In this document: piece after piece, positions 21,523-31,383 of the stretch
How the letters are laid out: the number at the start of each line of letters is the position of its first letter
Numbering within the stretch: position 1 is the first letter of the stretch
NCBI GenBank assembly: GCA_963736855.1
Contig: CAVTQK010000015.1
Coordinates: 96,001 to 160,000 of the forward strand
DNA: 64,000 nt
Reading direction: 5' to 3'
Source: an uncultured delta proteobacterium
Lineage (GTDB): Bacteria > Desulfobacterota > Desulfobacteria > Desulfobacterales > UBA2156
The notes under the pieces: model-generated
What the model was told of the DNA's origin: nothing
The model's database searches: none
Seen by the model: the letters and a program-made list of their open reading frames with translations, nothing else
Program-made: the position numbers and the translations under genes

Positions 21523-22428
21523 CTAAGGGGTTATCCAAAGATAATCCGCAAACGACAGTTCAGCGCGAGAGGTGACGGCGACCGGATAGATGGTTTTAAA
21601 GGAAAGGCCTGTTCTTTTAAAGACCCGCTCCGGGATACCGAATTTTTTGACGATGTGCCCGTTTCCCGCTAGAACAACCATCGGATGACCGTTTAGGTTT
21701 GAGGCGATCCGCTCGGCCATGGCATCTTCCCAGGCACATTGTGCCAGATAGAAATGTTCGAAGTTTTCTCTTCCCGGGATGCGATGGCTTTTAAAAATAC
21801 TTTCGACATACACCCTGTGGTCTGCATTGGATGTATCGATTTTTTGGGGCAGGTGGCGTTTTTCCTCGGCATTCAGGCTTTCGATGCCGCCGATGGCAAT
21901 CTTTGCCGGCAGGTGAAACGGAAGATTCAGGCCGAAAAGGGGAATTCGGTTGTTTTGGATGAAAAGCAGAATATCCCGATAAAGGTTAAAGTCGTACCTC
22001 CAGTTGGCGTACCAGTGGGTTTTTTCGAGAAACGCTTTCTCATCAAGGTTGCCGTCAGACCACGAATCCAGGACCTTTTGGTAGGAATGGTCGAACATCT
22101 CCATGCCCACTCGCAGTCCGGGAACCCGATGAAACAGGGCCTGAATCGTTTTCAGCTGAACTGCGTGGTGCGAGGCGTCCGTGTGAGACTCTCCGATAAA
22201 GACGATCTGTACCTGGGACAGATCCTGAAGCATCGCTTCAAAATCGGTCGGCTGACCGGTTTGACCGGACAGGATGGTCCCTGCCGGATACATCTGATTA
22301 AGATCCTGGATAAGAAGTCCTTTGGTCATCAGCGTGCACCCTAAGAGTATTGAAATAAGGATAAAAGAAAGGATTAGAAAAGACAACCGGCCTTTTCCCC
22401 GCCGTTGTGCTTCCTGGTTGATAATCAT
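21523..22428 (-). CDS. ChaN-family lipoprotein
   Basis: Lipobox LLGC, IGESH....HH..Q, GMEMF, W....DF..YR, AQ..W...MA, LAGNGH. Confidence 0.82.
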   Translation of the reverse strand: MIINQEAQRRGKGRLSFLILSFILISILLGCTLMTKGLLIQDLNQMYPAGTILSGQTGQPTDFEAMLQDLSQVQIVFIGESHTDASHHAVQLKTIQALFHRVPGLRVGMEMFDHSYQKVLDSWSDGNLDEKAFLEKTHWYANWRYDFNLYRDILLFIQNNRIPLFGLNLPFHLPAKIAIGGIESLNAEEKRHLPQKIDTSNADHRVYVESIFKSHRIPGRENFEHFYLAQCAWEDAMAERIASNLNGHPMVVLAGNGHIVKKFGIPERVFKRTGLSFKTIYPVAVTSRAELSFADYLWITP

Positions 22429-22475
22429 TCGAGTCAGGATCCCTTGATTTTATATTGAATTCCCCGTAAGGAATT

Positions 22476-22669
22476 TTGATGAAATCGTAAAAAGACCGAT
22501 TTTTCTCGCGCCGCAAGTCTTTTCGGAAGATCCAAAGGGTTTCGCTAACTCTCAAGAACTCGGCACAAGTGTCTCAAACAGCTTGAGATTTTTAACGCTC
22601 AACCCTTTGCCTCTCTTTTTCCGAAAAGACTTGAATGGCGCTCACAAAACCTTTTTACGAAGCCATCAA
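22476..22669 (+). repeat. Hairpin element family B, copy 1
   Basis: Ends TTGATGAAATCGTAAAAAG / CTTTTTACGAAGCCATCAA; perfect 15-bp arms at 22514-22528 and 22619-22633; homologous to 38629-38821. Confidence 0.8.
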
Positions 22670-22671
22670 TT

Positions 22672-22828
22672 TTATTAAAATCGTAAAAACTCAAAATTGG
22701 GATGACAAAGTAAAAAGTTTCATATGCAAGGCGCGCAAATCCTGAGGAATGAGGCGTACATATGGGTACACCGCAATGACGAAGAATGCAGTGCAACGCA
22801 GCAGATGGACTTTTTACGAAGTCAGCAA
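22672..22828 (+). repeat. MITE-like element family A, copy 1
   Basis: Near-identical to 25152-25308, 45200-45356 and 61764-61921; abuts family B copy 1. Confidence 0.9.
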
Positions 22829-22890
22829 TTTTTAATATCCTAGGTTTCAACAGGAGGCCCGTGACTTAAAGTCGCGGAGTTTGACTGCCC

Positions 22891-23148
22891 ATGGGTCTGG
22901 AAAAAAGCCCGGTTTTTAGGCGCGCCATCATTCCCTGGTACGACGTGACACCCGTGTGTCTGGTTCTCATCGGGGTCATGGCGGCCGTTTTTCTTTTCGC
23001 CCTTGCCGGCATCGCGGTTTCTTATGAAGATGGAATTGCAAAGACTGTCATCTGGGTCCCGGTTTTACTCTCGGTTCTGAGCGCGGTGGTCATGGGATCG
23101 ATTTCAATCCGTCTTTTTCGCCGGCACCTTAGGCGCCTTACCGAATGA
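22891..23148 (+). CDS. Small two-TM hypothetical membrane protein
   Basis: 85-aa ORF with two hydrophobic segments and a basic C-terminus. Confidence 0.65.
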   Translation: MGLEKSPVFRRAIIPWYDVTPVCLVLIGVMAAVFLFALAGIAVSYEDGIAKTVIWVPVLLSVLSAVVMGSISIRLFRRHLRRLTE

Positions 23149-23775
23149 TCCTTTTTTCACTCCCGCCGCGGAATAGATCTCTGTAACAAAAACCGAATAA
23201 AGCTGTTCGAGCAAAAAATGAAGGATCTTTCCGGTCACCCCCCAAATCTGCACGTCCTCGACAGGATAGCTCAGCTCGAGGACCCCTGGCAGGCGGCCGT
23301 GATATCCACGCGCCACGTGGATCTGAAGAAGGGTGGAAATGGGGAGTTTAAGAATCCGTGATATTTCGGCCTTGTCGAAGCGCAAGCTCCCCCGGCCGTT
23401 CCAGACGCCGGCAAATACCTCAATGTCTTTGTTGTTGATGGTCTGAAAATGTCCCAGCGGTCCGATATAGCGGACATCCTTCCGTGTTATTTGGAGTTCT
23501 TCTTCCAACTCCCGAAATGCTGCATCCAGGGCTGTGTCATCCCTTTCATCCACATGCCCGCCCGGGAGAGCCACCTGATTGCGCCAGGGATATCCCTCGG
23601 TGTCGGATTTAAGGACCGCCAGGAGGTGGGGATTCAGGATGTCAAAGAGGAGCAAGAACACGGCCGTGGCGTCTAAGCAGCGTTTCTCAGGCTGATTCAT
23701 GGGCCTGATTTCCCGGATGATCCTCTCTATCGCAGGGAGATCCAAGGATGTTTTTCCCGTTTTCATGTTCCCCAT
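23104..23775 (-). CDS. Nudix hydrolase (CoA pyrophosphatase-like)
   Basis: QVALPGGH.......LDAAFRELEEEL Nudix box; IWGVTG. Confidence 0.85.
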   Translation of the reverse strand: MGNMKTGKTSLDLPAIERIIREIRPMNQPEKRCLDATAVFLLLFDILNPHLLAVLKSDTEGYPWRNQVALPGGHVDERDDTALDAAFRELEEELQITRKDVRYIGPLGHFQTINNKDIEVFAGVWNGRGSLRFDKAEISRILKLPISTLLQIHVARGYHGRLPGVLELSYPVEDVQIWGVTGKILHFLLEQLYSVFVTEIYSAAGVKKGSFGKAPKVPAKKTD

Positions 23776-23784
23776 TTTGTCGCG

Positions 23785-24267
23785 TCAATTTTTCTTTAAA
23801 AACATCTTTAAGGTCATGGTCTTATAGCTGTCGGTATGGATATATTTCAGTGTAGAGACAAGATCCTTGGCGGAGATGTATCCCGGTTGGTTCCCGATTT
23901 GATTCCCGGTTTCGGTCATGAAAAATGAGACGGGAAGCCCGCGTATGCCAAACTGGGATGCTACCTTCGGCTCCCGGTCGTAATCGACCTTGATGCTGAC
24001 GAAAGAATTATTCAGGTAATCGATGACGTCGGGGTTCATGAAGGTCTCTTTAGCCATTTTGGTGCAGTAGGAACACCATTCGGCCCAGAAATATACAAAG
24101 ACCTTTTTGTTTTCCTTTTTACTTAAAGCCATCCCTTCCGGATAGGTATGCCAGCGCACTTTGGAGACGGCTTCCGGACCGGCAGAAGAAGCCCGGGTGA
24201 GGAAAAAGGGGATTAATAAAAGGAGAATAAAGTAGATCCACCGGGATTTTATTTTCATGATGATCAC
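23785..24267 (-). CDS. Exported thioredoxin-fold protein (SoxW/DUF255-like)
   Basis: Signal peptide, WCSYC active site, GLP; coupled to ccdA. Confidence 0.85.
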   Translation of the reverse strand: MIIMKIKSRWIYFILLLLIPFFLTRASSAGPEAVSKVRWHTYPEGMALSKKENKKVFVYFWAEWCSYCTKMAKETFMNPDVIDYLNNSFVSIKVDYDREPKVASQFGIRGLPVSFFMTETGNQIGNQPGYISAKDLVSTLKYIHTDSYKTMTLKMFLKKN

Positions 24268-24965
24268 CTCGAAAAATTTAGGAGACCCAGTTTATCGGTT
24301 ATCAGCAAGAGCCCCATTCCGATCAAGAGAATTCCTGCAACAGCGTTAGCATATCGGATTGTCTTTTGTGTTTTTCGGACTATGGCCAAGAAAAAATGGA
24401 TGAAAACGGAAAGGATCAAAAAGGGGATGGCCAGTCCGGCCGCATAGGCGGCCAGAAGAAGCGTCCCTTCCAATACCGTTTCCTGGTTTCCGGCAAGGAT
24501 CAGGATGGAACCGAGCAAAGGACCGATACATGGGCTCCACCCGGCTCCGAAAGCCATTCCGATCGCCAGCGTTCCAAAGGCATGGCCAGGCTTGGTCCTG
24601 AGGTGGACACGCTTTTCGAAATCAAGGGCCTTAATACGAAAAATCCCGCTGAGGTGGATCCCGAAAAGGAGAATCATGAAACCTCCTATGACCCGGACAA
24701 GATTCTTGTATTCAAAAAGAACGCCCCCCAGGTAAGAAGCCGACGCCCCCATAAGGATGAAGACCAGGGAAAAACCTGCAACAAAAGAGAGTGTGGCCGC
24801 CAGGACCCGATGACGGATGGCGAGATTGTTATTCGTGAGCTGTTCCAGGGACAACCCGGTGATGAACGTGAAATAGGCCGGCACCAAAGGCAGAATACAA
24901 GGAGAAATAAATGATAAAAAACCTGCCAGAAAGGCGGCGGGATATGAAACCGCTTCCGTCAGCAT
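24264..24965 (-). CDS. ccdA: Cytochrome c biogenesis / DsbD-TM protein CcdA
   Basis: SFISPCILPLVP and GWSPCIGP motifs, multiple TM helices. Confidence 0.92.
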   Translation of the reverse strand: MLTEAVSYPAAFLAGFLSFISPCILPLVPAYFTFITGLSLEQLTNNNLAIRHRVLAATLSFVAGFSLVFILMGASASYLGGVLFEYKNLVRVIGGFMILLFGIHLSGIFRIKALDFEKRVHLRTKPGHAFGTLAIGMAFGAGWSPCIGPLLGSILILAGNQETVLEGTLLLAAYAAGLAIPFLILSVFIHFFLAIVRKTQKTIRYANAVAGILLIGMGLLLITDKLGLLNFSR

Positions 24966-25151
24966 GGAAAAGGATCTCCTAAAGGAATTGTCACCGTAAC
25001 CGATAGGTTTGATCCGGTTTCTGCTTCAAAAAAGAGGAGCTGCCTTTCAGGCAACGACAACTTGCAGAATTCGGAATGGAAAAGCTCCTTATAGTCTAAA
25101 TTGGGAGGAGTATTTTTGCTCAATATAAATACCCTATTAATTTTGTCAATT

Positions 25152-25308
25152 TTGATGAAATCGTAAAAACTCAAAATTAGGATGGCAAAGTAAAAAGCTT
25201 CATATGCAAGGCGCGCAAATCCTGAGGAATGACGCGTACATATGGGTACGCCGCAATGACGAAGGATACAGTGCAACGCAGCAGATGGACTTTTTACGAA
25301 GCCATCAA
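25152..25308 (+). repeat. MITE-like element family A, copy 2
   Basis: 157 bp; imperfect TIRs TTGATGAAATCGTAAAAA / TTTTTACGAAGCCATCAA. Confidence 0.9.
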
Positions 25309-25399
25309 TTTTATCGCTTGAGTGTTCCATACCCTACAGGATGCCTCGTTTGGTCAGGAAATCGGAAGCAGCCATGGGGTGTTTCTCGCCGGGGAGGAT

Positions 25400-26275
25400 T
25401 CAACGGCTGATGTCTTTGGAGCGTTCGGTTGCTGCGACGACCGCTTCGATGATCAGATGGCCGACACCGCCTCTTTCCATGACGCCAAGGGCCGCCTCAG
25501 TGGTACCGCCCGGAGAAGTGACTTTCCGGCGGAGCATCCCGGGAGATTCACCCCGCTCTTCAAGGAGGGATAGAGCACCCCGGAAGGTTTCCAATGTCAG
25601 CACCGCAGAGGCTTCCTTGCTGAGACCGACTCGAACACCGGCTTCGATCAACGCCTCGATGAAATAAAAGACATAGGCGGGTCCTGACCCTGAGAGGGCG
25701 GTCACCGCGTCCAGATCATTTTCGGAAAATTCCAGGACGCACCCGATGGCGGAAAGGATTTTTCGGGTTGTTCGGATATCTTGCCGCGTGGCATAGCGGT
25801 TCGGGCTCATACCGCTTACACCCTTGAGGACCTGGGCGGGGGTGTTGGGCATGACCCGGATAATAGGGAGCCGCTTTTTCCGGGCCTCGGAGAGTGGCGG
25901 ATACAGCAGAGCCTCGATTTTTTTAAGGGGAGTCCCTGCGGCGATGGAAATGAGCAGCTTCTTTTTTTGCGCCCTCCGATCGCTTGATCCGGCGAGTTCG
26001 GAAAGGACCGGATGCATCTGTTGGGGCTTGACCGCGAGGATGACCGCATCGCAGGACGAAAAGACCTGCAGGTTGTCCGTCGTCGTTTCGACGCCAAAAA
26101 TCCGGCGGAGGGTCTTCAGGCGGCCTGTATCCTTGTCCGAGACAAGGATCGACTGAGGATCGATGGTTTTCGACCGGATCAAGGCACCGATAAAGGCCTC
26201 TCCCATGTTACCCCCGCCGATGAATCCGATGCGTTGAATGCCTCTGAGTGTATCGGAAGTCATGTGTGCCATCAC
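25400..26275 (-). CDS. proC: Pyrroline-5-carboxylate reductase
   Basis: IGFIGGGNMG, AVKPQ, RVMPNTP, SGSGPAY, VTSPGGTT. Confidence 0.95.
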   Translation of the reverse strand: MMAHMTSDTLRGIQRIGFIGGGNMGEAFIGALIRSKTIDPQSILVSDKDTGRLKTLRRIFGVETTTDNLQVFSSCDAVILAVKPQQMHPVLSELAGSSDRRAQKKKLLISIAAGTPLKKIEALLYPPLSEARKKRLPIIRVMPNTPAQVLKGVSGMSPNRYATRQDIRTTRKILSAIGCVLEFSENDLDAVTALSGSGPAYVFYFIEALIEAGVRVGLSKEASAVLTLETFRGALSLLEERGESPGMLRRKVTSPGGTTEAALGVMERGGVGHLIIEAVVAATERSKDISR

Positions 26276-26410
26276 TTCGCTAAAGGATTTTTGCTTATTC
26301 TATGAAGTCTTTTACGATAGCGCCGCCGGTCATGTCAACGATGGAACCCATATAGAACATGAAACATCTTGACTTATTCCTCACAATTTATTTAAAAGAC
26401 AGGACAAAGG

Positions 26411-26719
26411 ATGGACCAGATGTATTTTTTGGGTTACCTGCTGATGGGAGTCGCCAAGGTCATTGATGTTGTGCTCCTTTTGTTCATGTGGATCGTCATT
26501 GCACGGGCCATATTGTCCTGGGTCAATCCGGATCCTTTCAATCCCATTGTTCGTTTTATTCACAATGTGACCGAACCGGTGTTGTCTCCGATCCGGGCAA
26601 AGCTTCCGGTCAATTTCGGCGGTTTGGACCTGTCCCCCATCGTGGTGTTTCTGGCTATCATATTTCTTAGGACTTTTCTTGTCAGCAGCCTTGATCGGCT
26701 GTCGGCAAGCCTGTTGTGA
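26411..26719 (+). CDS. YggT family membrane protein
   Basis: SWVNPDP.NP, TEP.L.PIR, GLDLSP. Confidence 0.92.
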   Translation: MDQMYFLGYLLMGVAKVIDVVLLLFMWIVIARAILSWVNPDPFNPIVRFIHNVTEPVLSPIRAKLPVNFGGLDLSPIVVFLAIIFLRTFLVSSLDRLSASLL

Positions 26720-26749
26720 ACCCAAACGGTTGACGGGAAGGAAGCCTTT

Positions 26750-27280
26750 ATGGAAATCACTTCTGCCGATATTCAGAAAAAACAGTTTCGAGTCAGGTTC
26801 AGAGGCTTTGACATCCGGGAAGTGGATGCGTTTCTGGAAGAGATGGCCCATACTTTTCGAGCCCAAATCGATTTGATTAGAAACTTAAAGAAAGAGATGG
26901 AAATTCTCAGGCAGGAAAGCGCTCGGCAAAAGGAGCGGGAAAAAACCTTCGAGCGGGCCTTGGCCGCCTCTCAGAGAGTACTGGACCAGATGAAAGAAAA
27001 TGCCCGGAAATCCGCTGAAGTCGTCATTGCCGATGCGGAAGTCAAGGCTGAAAAAATGCTCAATCGGGCCCATAACCGGTTGGCCCAGCTTCATGAGGAT
27101 ATCGCTGAACTGAAACGGCAGCGCATGCAGATCGAGGTTCAGATCCGTTCCGTGCTGGAGGCCCACACCAAGCTTTTGGAAATGGGACGGGAGAGCGTGC
27201 AGGCCATGGATGAGGAAGACGGTAAGTTAAGGGTGCTCAAACACCTCCGGCCGGCCAAGGAATCCCTATCCATCCCCTGA
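26750..27280 (+). CDS. DivIVA domain coiled-coil protein
   Basis: IT..DI.KKQF...FRG.D..EVD.FL followed by coiled coil. Confidence 0.9.
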   Translation: MEITSADIQKKQFRVRFRGFDIREVDAFLEEMAHTFRAQIDLIRNLKKEMEILRQESARQKEREKTFERALAASQRVLDQMKENARKSAEVVIADAEVKAEKMLNRAHNRLAQLHEDIAELKRQRMQIEVQIRSVLEAHTKLLEMGRESVQAMDEEDGKLRVLKHLRPAKESLSIP

Positions 27281-27335
27281 CGAAAAAATCATCTTCATTT
27301 TCAATTTATGGAAGAACCGATAAAGGAAAAACCTG

Positions 27336-28418
27336 ATGGCAAAGATCGATGCATTTTTCAAGCTGATGCATGAACAAGGGGCTTCGGACTTGCACCTGGT
27401 GGCGGGTCAACAACCCGTGATCCGGATTCGGGGAGACATGGAGCGGGTGAAATTCAAGGTGCTTGACTCCGACGATCTCAGGGGGATGCTGTATGAAATC
27501 ACTCCTGAAGAAAAGATCAAGGCTTTTGAGGAAAGCGGGGATGTGGATTTTGCCTACGAGATTCCAGGCCTGGCACGGTACCGTGCGAATTTTTTCATGC
27601 AAAAAAACGGGGTTGCTGCCGTGTTCCGGGAGATCCCCAGCATCATCATGACTCCTGAACAACTCGGACTTCCACCGGTCATCTCGAAACTGGCCATGTT
27701 GCCAAGGGGCTTAGTATTGGTGACCGGACCTACCGGGAGTGGTAAATCGACGACTCTCGCCGCCATCATCGACAAGGCAAACCAGCAGCGCAAGGATCAC
27801 ATCATCACCGTTGAAGATCCGATCGAGTTCGTGCATACAAGCCAGAGCTGTATTGTGAATCATCGGGAGGTGGGGACCCATACCCGGTCCTTCAGCGCGG
27901 CTTTAAGAGGGGCACTTCGGGAAGACCCGGACATCATCATGGTGGGTGAAATGCGGGACCTGGAGACTATCACGTTGTCCCTGGAAGCCGCCGCCACCGG
28001 ACACCTGGTCTTTTCTACCGTGCACACCACCAGTGCGGCCAAGACCGTCGATCGGATCATCGAGGTGTTCCCGTCGCATCAACAACCCCAGATTCGTTCT
28101 ACCCTGGCCGACGGTGTCAGGGCTATCATCGCCCAGGTTCTGTTCAAGCGGATCGATATCAAGGGACGTTGCATAGCATTGGAAATCTGTATCGCCACAC
28201 CGGCGGTTCGGAATCTGATCCGGGAATCCAAGACCTACCAGATTCCCTCATCCATGCAAACCGGTAAAAAGTATGGGATGCAGCTTCTGGATGACGCCAT
28301 CATGGATTTGTACAACAAAGGATGGGTCAGCGCGGACGAAGCCTATCTGAAGGCCAATGAAAAGGCGCGATTCAGGCCTCTGATCAAGGGGCCGCCGACT
28401 GATTTCACCGAGGTTTAG
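27336..28418 (+). CDS. pilT: Type IV pilus retraction ATPase PilT
   Basis: GASDLHL, GPTGSGKSTT, TVEDPIE, ALREDPD, GEMRD, AVRNLIRE. Confidence 0.93.
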   Translation: MAKIDAFFKLMHEQGASDLHLVAGQQPVIRIRGDMERVKFKVLDSDDLRGMLYEITPEEKIKAFEESGDVDFAYEIPGLARYRANFFMQKNGVAAVFREIPSIIMTPEQLGLPPVISKLAMLPRGLVLVTGPTGSGKSTTLAAIIDKANQQRKDHIITVEDPIEFVHTSQSCIVNHREVGTHTRSFSAALRGALREDPDIIMVGEMRDLETITLSLEAAATGHLVFSTVHTTSAAKTVDRIIEVFPSHQQPQIRSTLADGVRAIIAQVLFKRIDIKGRCIALEICIATPAVRNLIRESKTYQIPSSMQTGKKYGMQLLDDAIMDLYNKGWVSADEAYLKANEKARFRPLIKGPPTDFTEV

Positions 28419-28444
28419 CGGCTGGGAAAAAAAGGAGATCCGGG

Positions 28445-29611
28445 ATGAGAAGGCAGGAAGTCGACTATATCTTTTCCCAAATGCTCGAATCGCACGAGGG
28501 AGTATCGGACCTTAATTTCACGGTTGGAAAACCGCTTCAGGTGGAAGCCTACGGAGAGCTTATGCCGGTGGACATGGAACCGAAGATCAAAAAGCTCACC
28601 CCTTATCAGACCGAGGTCCTGGCACTGAGCCTGATCAACGCCAACCGCCGTCTCACCGAGCACCTGCTGACCATGGGGTCCTGCGACCTCTCCTATTTTT
28701 TAGGCGCCAAAGCCCGATTCCGGGTCAACATCTTTTCCCAGTCTGGCAACTACTCCATTGTCATGAGAAAACTGGAATCCAAAGTCCCCACCATCAACGA
28801 GCTGGACCTGCCGAAGGTCTTTAGCGATATTGCCATGGAAAGAAACGGTATCGTGATGTTCACGGGCGCCACCGGAACCGGGAAAACGACCTCTTTGGCG
28901 GCCATTCTGGAGGATATCAACGAGAAAAAATCGGTCCATGTGATTACCCTGGAAGACCCCATAGAGTATCAGCACTCCCACAAGCGGGCGACCTTCAACC
29001 AACGGGAACTCGGTGCGGATTTCGACACATTCGCCCGCGGGCTGCGGGCCGCCCTTCGTCAGGCCCCCAAGGTGATTTTAGTGGGTGAAATGCGGGACCG
29101 GGAAAGCGTGGAGATCGGCTTAAATGCGGCGGAAACCGGACACCTGGTCCTCACCACTATCCACACCGTGGATGCCGGACAGACCATAAGCCGGGTACTT
29201 GGGATGTTCGACACGGAAGAGGAAAAGCAGGTCCGGATACGTCTGGCCGATACATTGCGCTGGGTCGTGTGCCAGCGGCTTCTTCCTAAAGTGGGCGGGG
29301 GGCGGGTGGCCGCCTTCGAAATCCTCAGGACCAGCCTCAGGGTCAAGGATTCCATCTTACATGGGGAGTCCGAGGGAAAGACTTTCTACGACATCATGCA
29401 GGCCGGCAGGACTTTCGGAATGACCACCTTCGATGACTACATCGTGGGACTTTACGAGGCCGGACTTATCACCGAGGAGACGGCCATGGGCTATGCATCG
29501 CGAAAGGCCCTGGTGGGCCGGGGGATCGACACGGTAAAAAGCGCCCGGGGCGAGGCCACCACCGATATCGACAAGCTCGAGATGGACAAAGCCTATAACA
29601 AGTCCCGATAG
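28445..29611 (+). CDS. PilT/PilU family ATPase (second paralog)
   Basis: GATGTGKTT, LEDPIEY, ALRQAP, GEMRD, ETGHLV. Confidence 0.88.
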   Translation: MRRQEVDYIFSQMLESHEGVSDLNFTVGKPLQVEAYGELMPVDMEPKIKKLTPYQTEVLALSLINANRRLTEHLLTMGSCDLSYFLGAKARFRVNIFSQSGNYSIVMRKLESKVPTINELDLPKVFSDIAMERNGIVMFTGATGTGKTTSLAAILEDINEKKSVHVITLEDPIEYQHSHKRATFNQRELGADFDTFARGLRAALRQAPKVILVGEMRDRESVEIGLNAAETGHLVLTTIHTVDAGQTISRVLGMFDTEEEKQVRIRLADTLRWVVCQRLLPKVGGGRVAAFEILRTSLRVKDSILHGESEGKTFYDIMQAGRTFGMTTFDDYIVGLYEAGLITEETAMGYASRKALVGRGIDTVKSARGEATTDIDKLEMDKAYNKSR

Positions 29612-29648
29612 GAAAGATCTTCCAATCGACAGGAGAGACAGGACCGCC

Positions 29649-30293
29649 ATGAATATCAGCTGCCCGGAGTGCAAGAGCCGTTTCCGGATTCCCGACGAAA
29701 AAGCCTCCAAACTCGAAGGAGTGACCCTGACGTGCCCTAAATGCGGCGGCAGGGTATCCGTCGATACCGTTAAAAAAAATAAAAAAGCACCTGTTGTTCC
29801 GGACCCGAACGAGGCTAATAGTTACGACGCATCCAAAAAGCCTTTTGATTTCCTCGAACCCGGAAGCCGGACCGCCATCGTTTGCGTTGCGGATACTTCG
29901 GTGAAACAGTCCGTCCTGAAGGGCATCACTGAAATGGGATACCATGTGACGGAAGCCCGGGACTCCCGGGAGGCTTTGAGGAACATGTGGTACCATACCT
30001 ATCATCTGGTGCTGCTGGATGAATTGTTCGATACCCAGAATCCGGACCACAACCGGGTGTTGATCTATCTGGAAGGATTGAACATGGCCATGCGCCGGGA
30101 AATGATGGTGGTCCTGCTCAGCCGGAGCCTTCGAACCATGGATGAAATGGGCGCATTTCAGAAAAGCGTCAACCTGATCATCAACATCAAGAATCTTATG
30201 GAGCTTTCACGGATACTTCAAATGGCCATTCGGGAGTACCAGACGTTTTATCAGGTGTACAAGGACCTGGAGAAAAAGGAGACCGCTTTATAG
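29649..30293 (+). CDS. Zinc-ribbon protein with degenerate receiver-like domain
   Basis: CPEC...CPKC N-terminus; C-terminal alpha/beta region (YHLVLLDE). Confidence 0.7.
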   Translation: MNISCPECKSRFRIPDEKASKLEGVTLTCPKCGGRVSVDTVKKNKKAPVVPDPNEANSYDASKKPFDFLEPGSRTAIVCVADTSVKQSVLKGITEMGYHVTEARDSREALRNMWYHTYHLVLLDELFDTQNPDHNRVLIYLEGLNMAMRREMMVVLLSRSLRTMDEMGAFQKSVNLIINIKNLMELSRILQMAIREYQTFYQVYKDLEKKETAL

Positions 30294-30370
30294 CCGAGAG
30301 AACTTCCCATAAAAAATTCACTTCCATCCGATGCGGTACAGAGGCTGAGATCAATCGGATTTCGCAGGGA

Positions 30371-31253
30371 TTGTATCACATCGCCCTTCCTGCCCCTCTC
30401 GAGGGGTTCGACCATTTCATCAACGTTTGGCTGTGCCGGCGCGAAGGCGCCTTCCTGGTGGATGTGGGCCCGTCATCCACGGCCGCTTCACTGATTGAGG
30501 CCATGGAGCGTCTGGATGTGGACTCTCTGGATTGGATCTTGTTGACGCATATCCACATTGATCATGCAGGCAGTATCGGTCGGGTGGTCCGTCGGTTTCC
30601 CGAAAGCCGGGTGGTCTGTCACGCTTCGGCCATTCCGCATCTTGTGGCGCCGTCCTGCCTCTGGGAAGGAACCCTCAAGACACTGGGAGCGCTCGCCAGG
30701 GCCTATGGCCCTGTAGAAGAGGTCTCGGAGGAGCGGCTGGTGGACGTCAATCGTTTTGTGCACCCGTTTGTGAACGCCGTCCTGACCCCGGGGCATGCCG
30801 CCCACCACGTAAGTTATCTTATGGGAAAAACGCTTTTTATCGGCGAGGCCGGTGGGGTAATCCTGCCTGTCGGTCCGGACCCTCCGTACATGCGGCCGGC
30901 CACTCCACCGAAGCTGTTCCTTGACACCTTCATTGAAAGTCTCGATCGGCTGATTGCCTTCAAACCTGAAAGGCTCTGCTGCGGCCACTTCGGTGCGTAT
31001 TCGGATGCTGTCCGTCTGATGAAGGCCCATAAAAAGCAGTTGTTGCTTTGGGCGAGGTGCGTCCAGGAAACCCTGGACCAAGACGCATTGGAGGATCCCG
31101 TGGAGAACTGCCTTGACTTGCTCCTGCAAACAGATCCCTGGATCTCGTGGATTATCCCAAATGGATATAGCGGCTCAAAACCGGGAGCGCTTTTTTATGA
31201 AAAACAGCATCCGGGGATTCATCGGCGATCTTGAACGGCAAAAAGCCCTGTGA
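30371..31253 (+). CDS. Metallo-beta-lactamase-fold hydrolase with apparent frameshift near 31148
   Basis: LTHIHIDHAG, TPGHAAHH, CGHFG; an alternative frame continues QMDIAAQNRERFFMKNSIRGFIGDL to TGA at 31251-31253; start uncertain. Confidence 0.8.
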
Positions 31254-31383
31254 AACGATTTCGCCCGGATCATCTGGTCGTCGCCCTGGAAATTGCGATT
31301 GCGGCCCTATGCTTTTTCGCCTATCGGTTTTTCCGACCCCTTTGAGTCGATTAGATCGCACCGAGTTGCCAGACTGACTCCAT

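Noticed and set aside
22599..22850. Recurring short ORFs containing FVKSPSAALHCILRHCGVP (also 24959-25330, 45133-45324, 61866-62054)
   Set aside because: They are translations of the family A repeat; starts and stops differ between copies.
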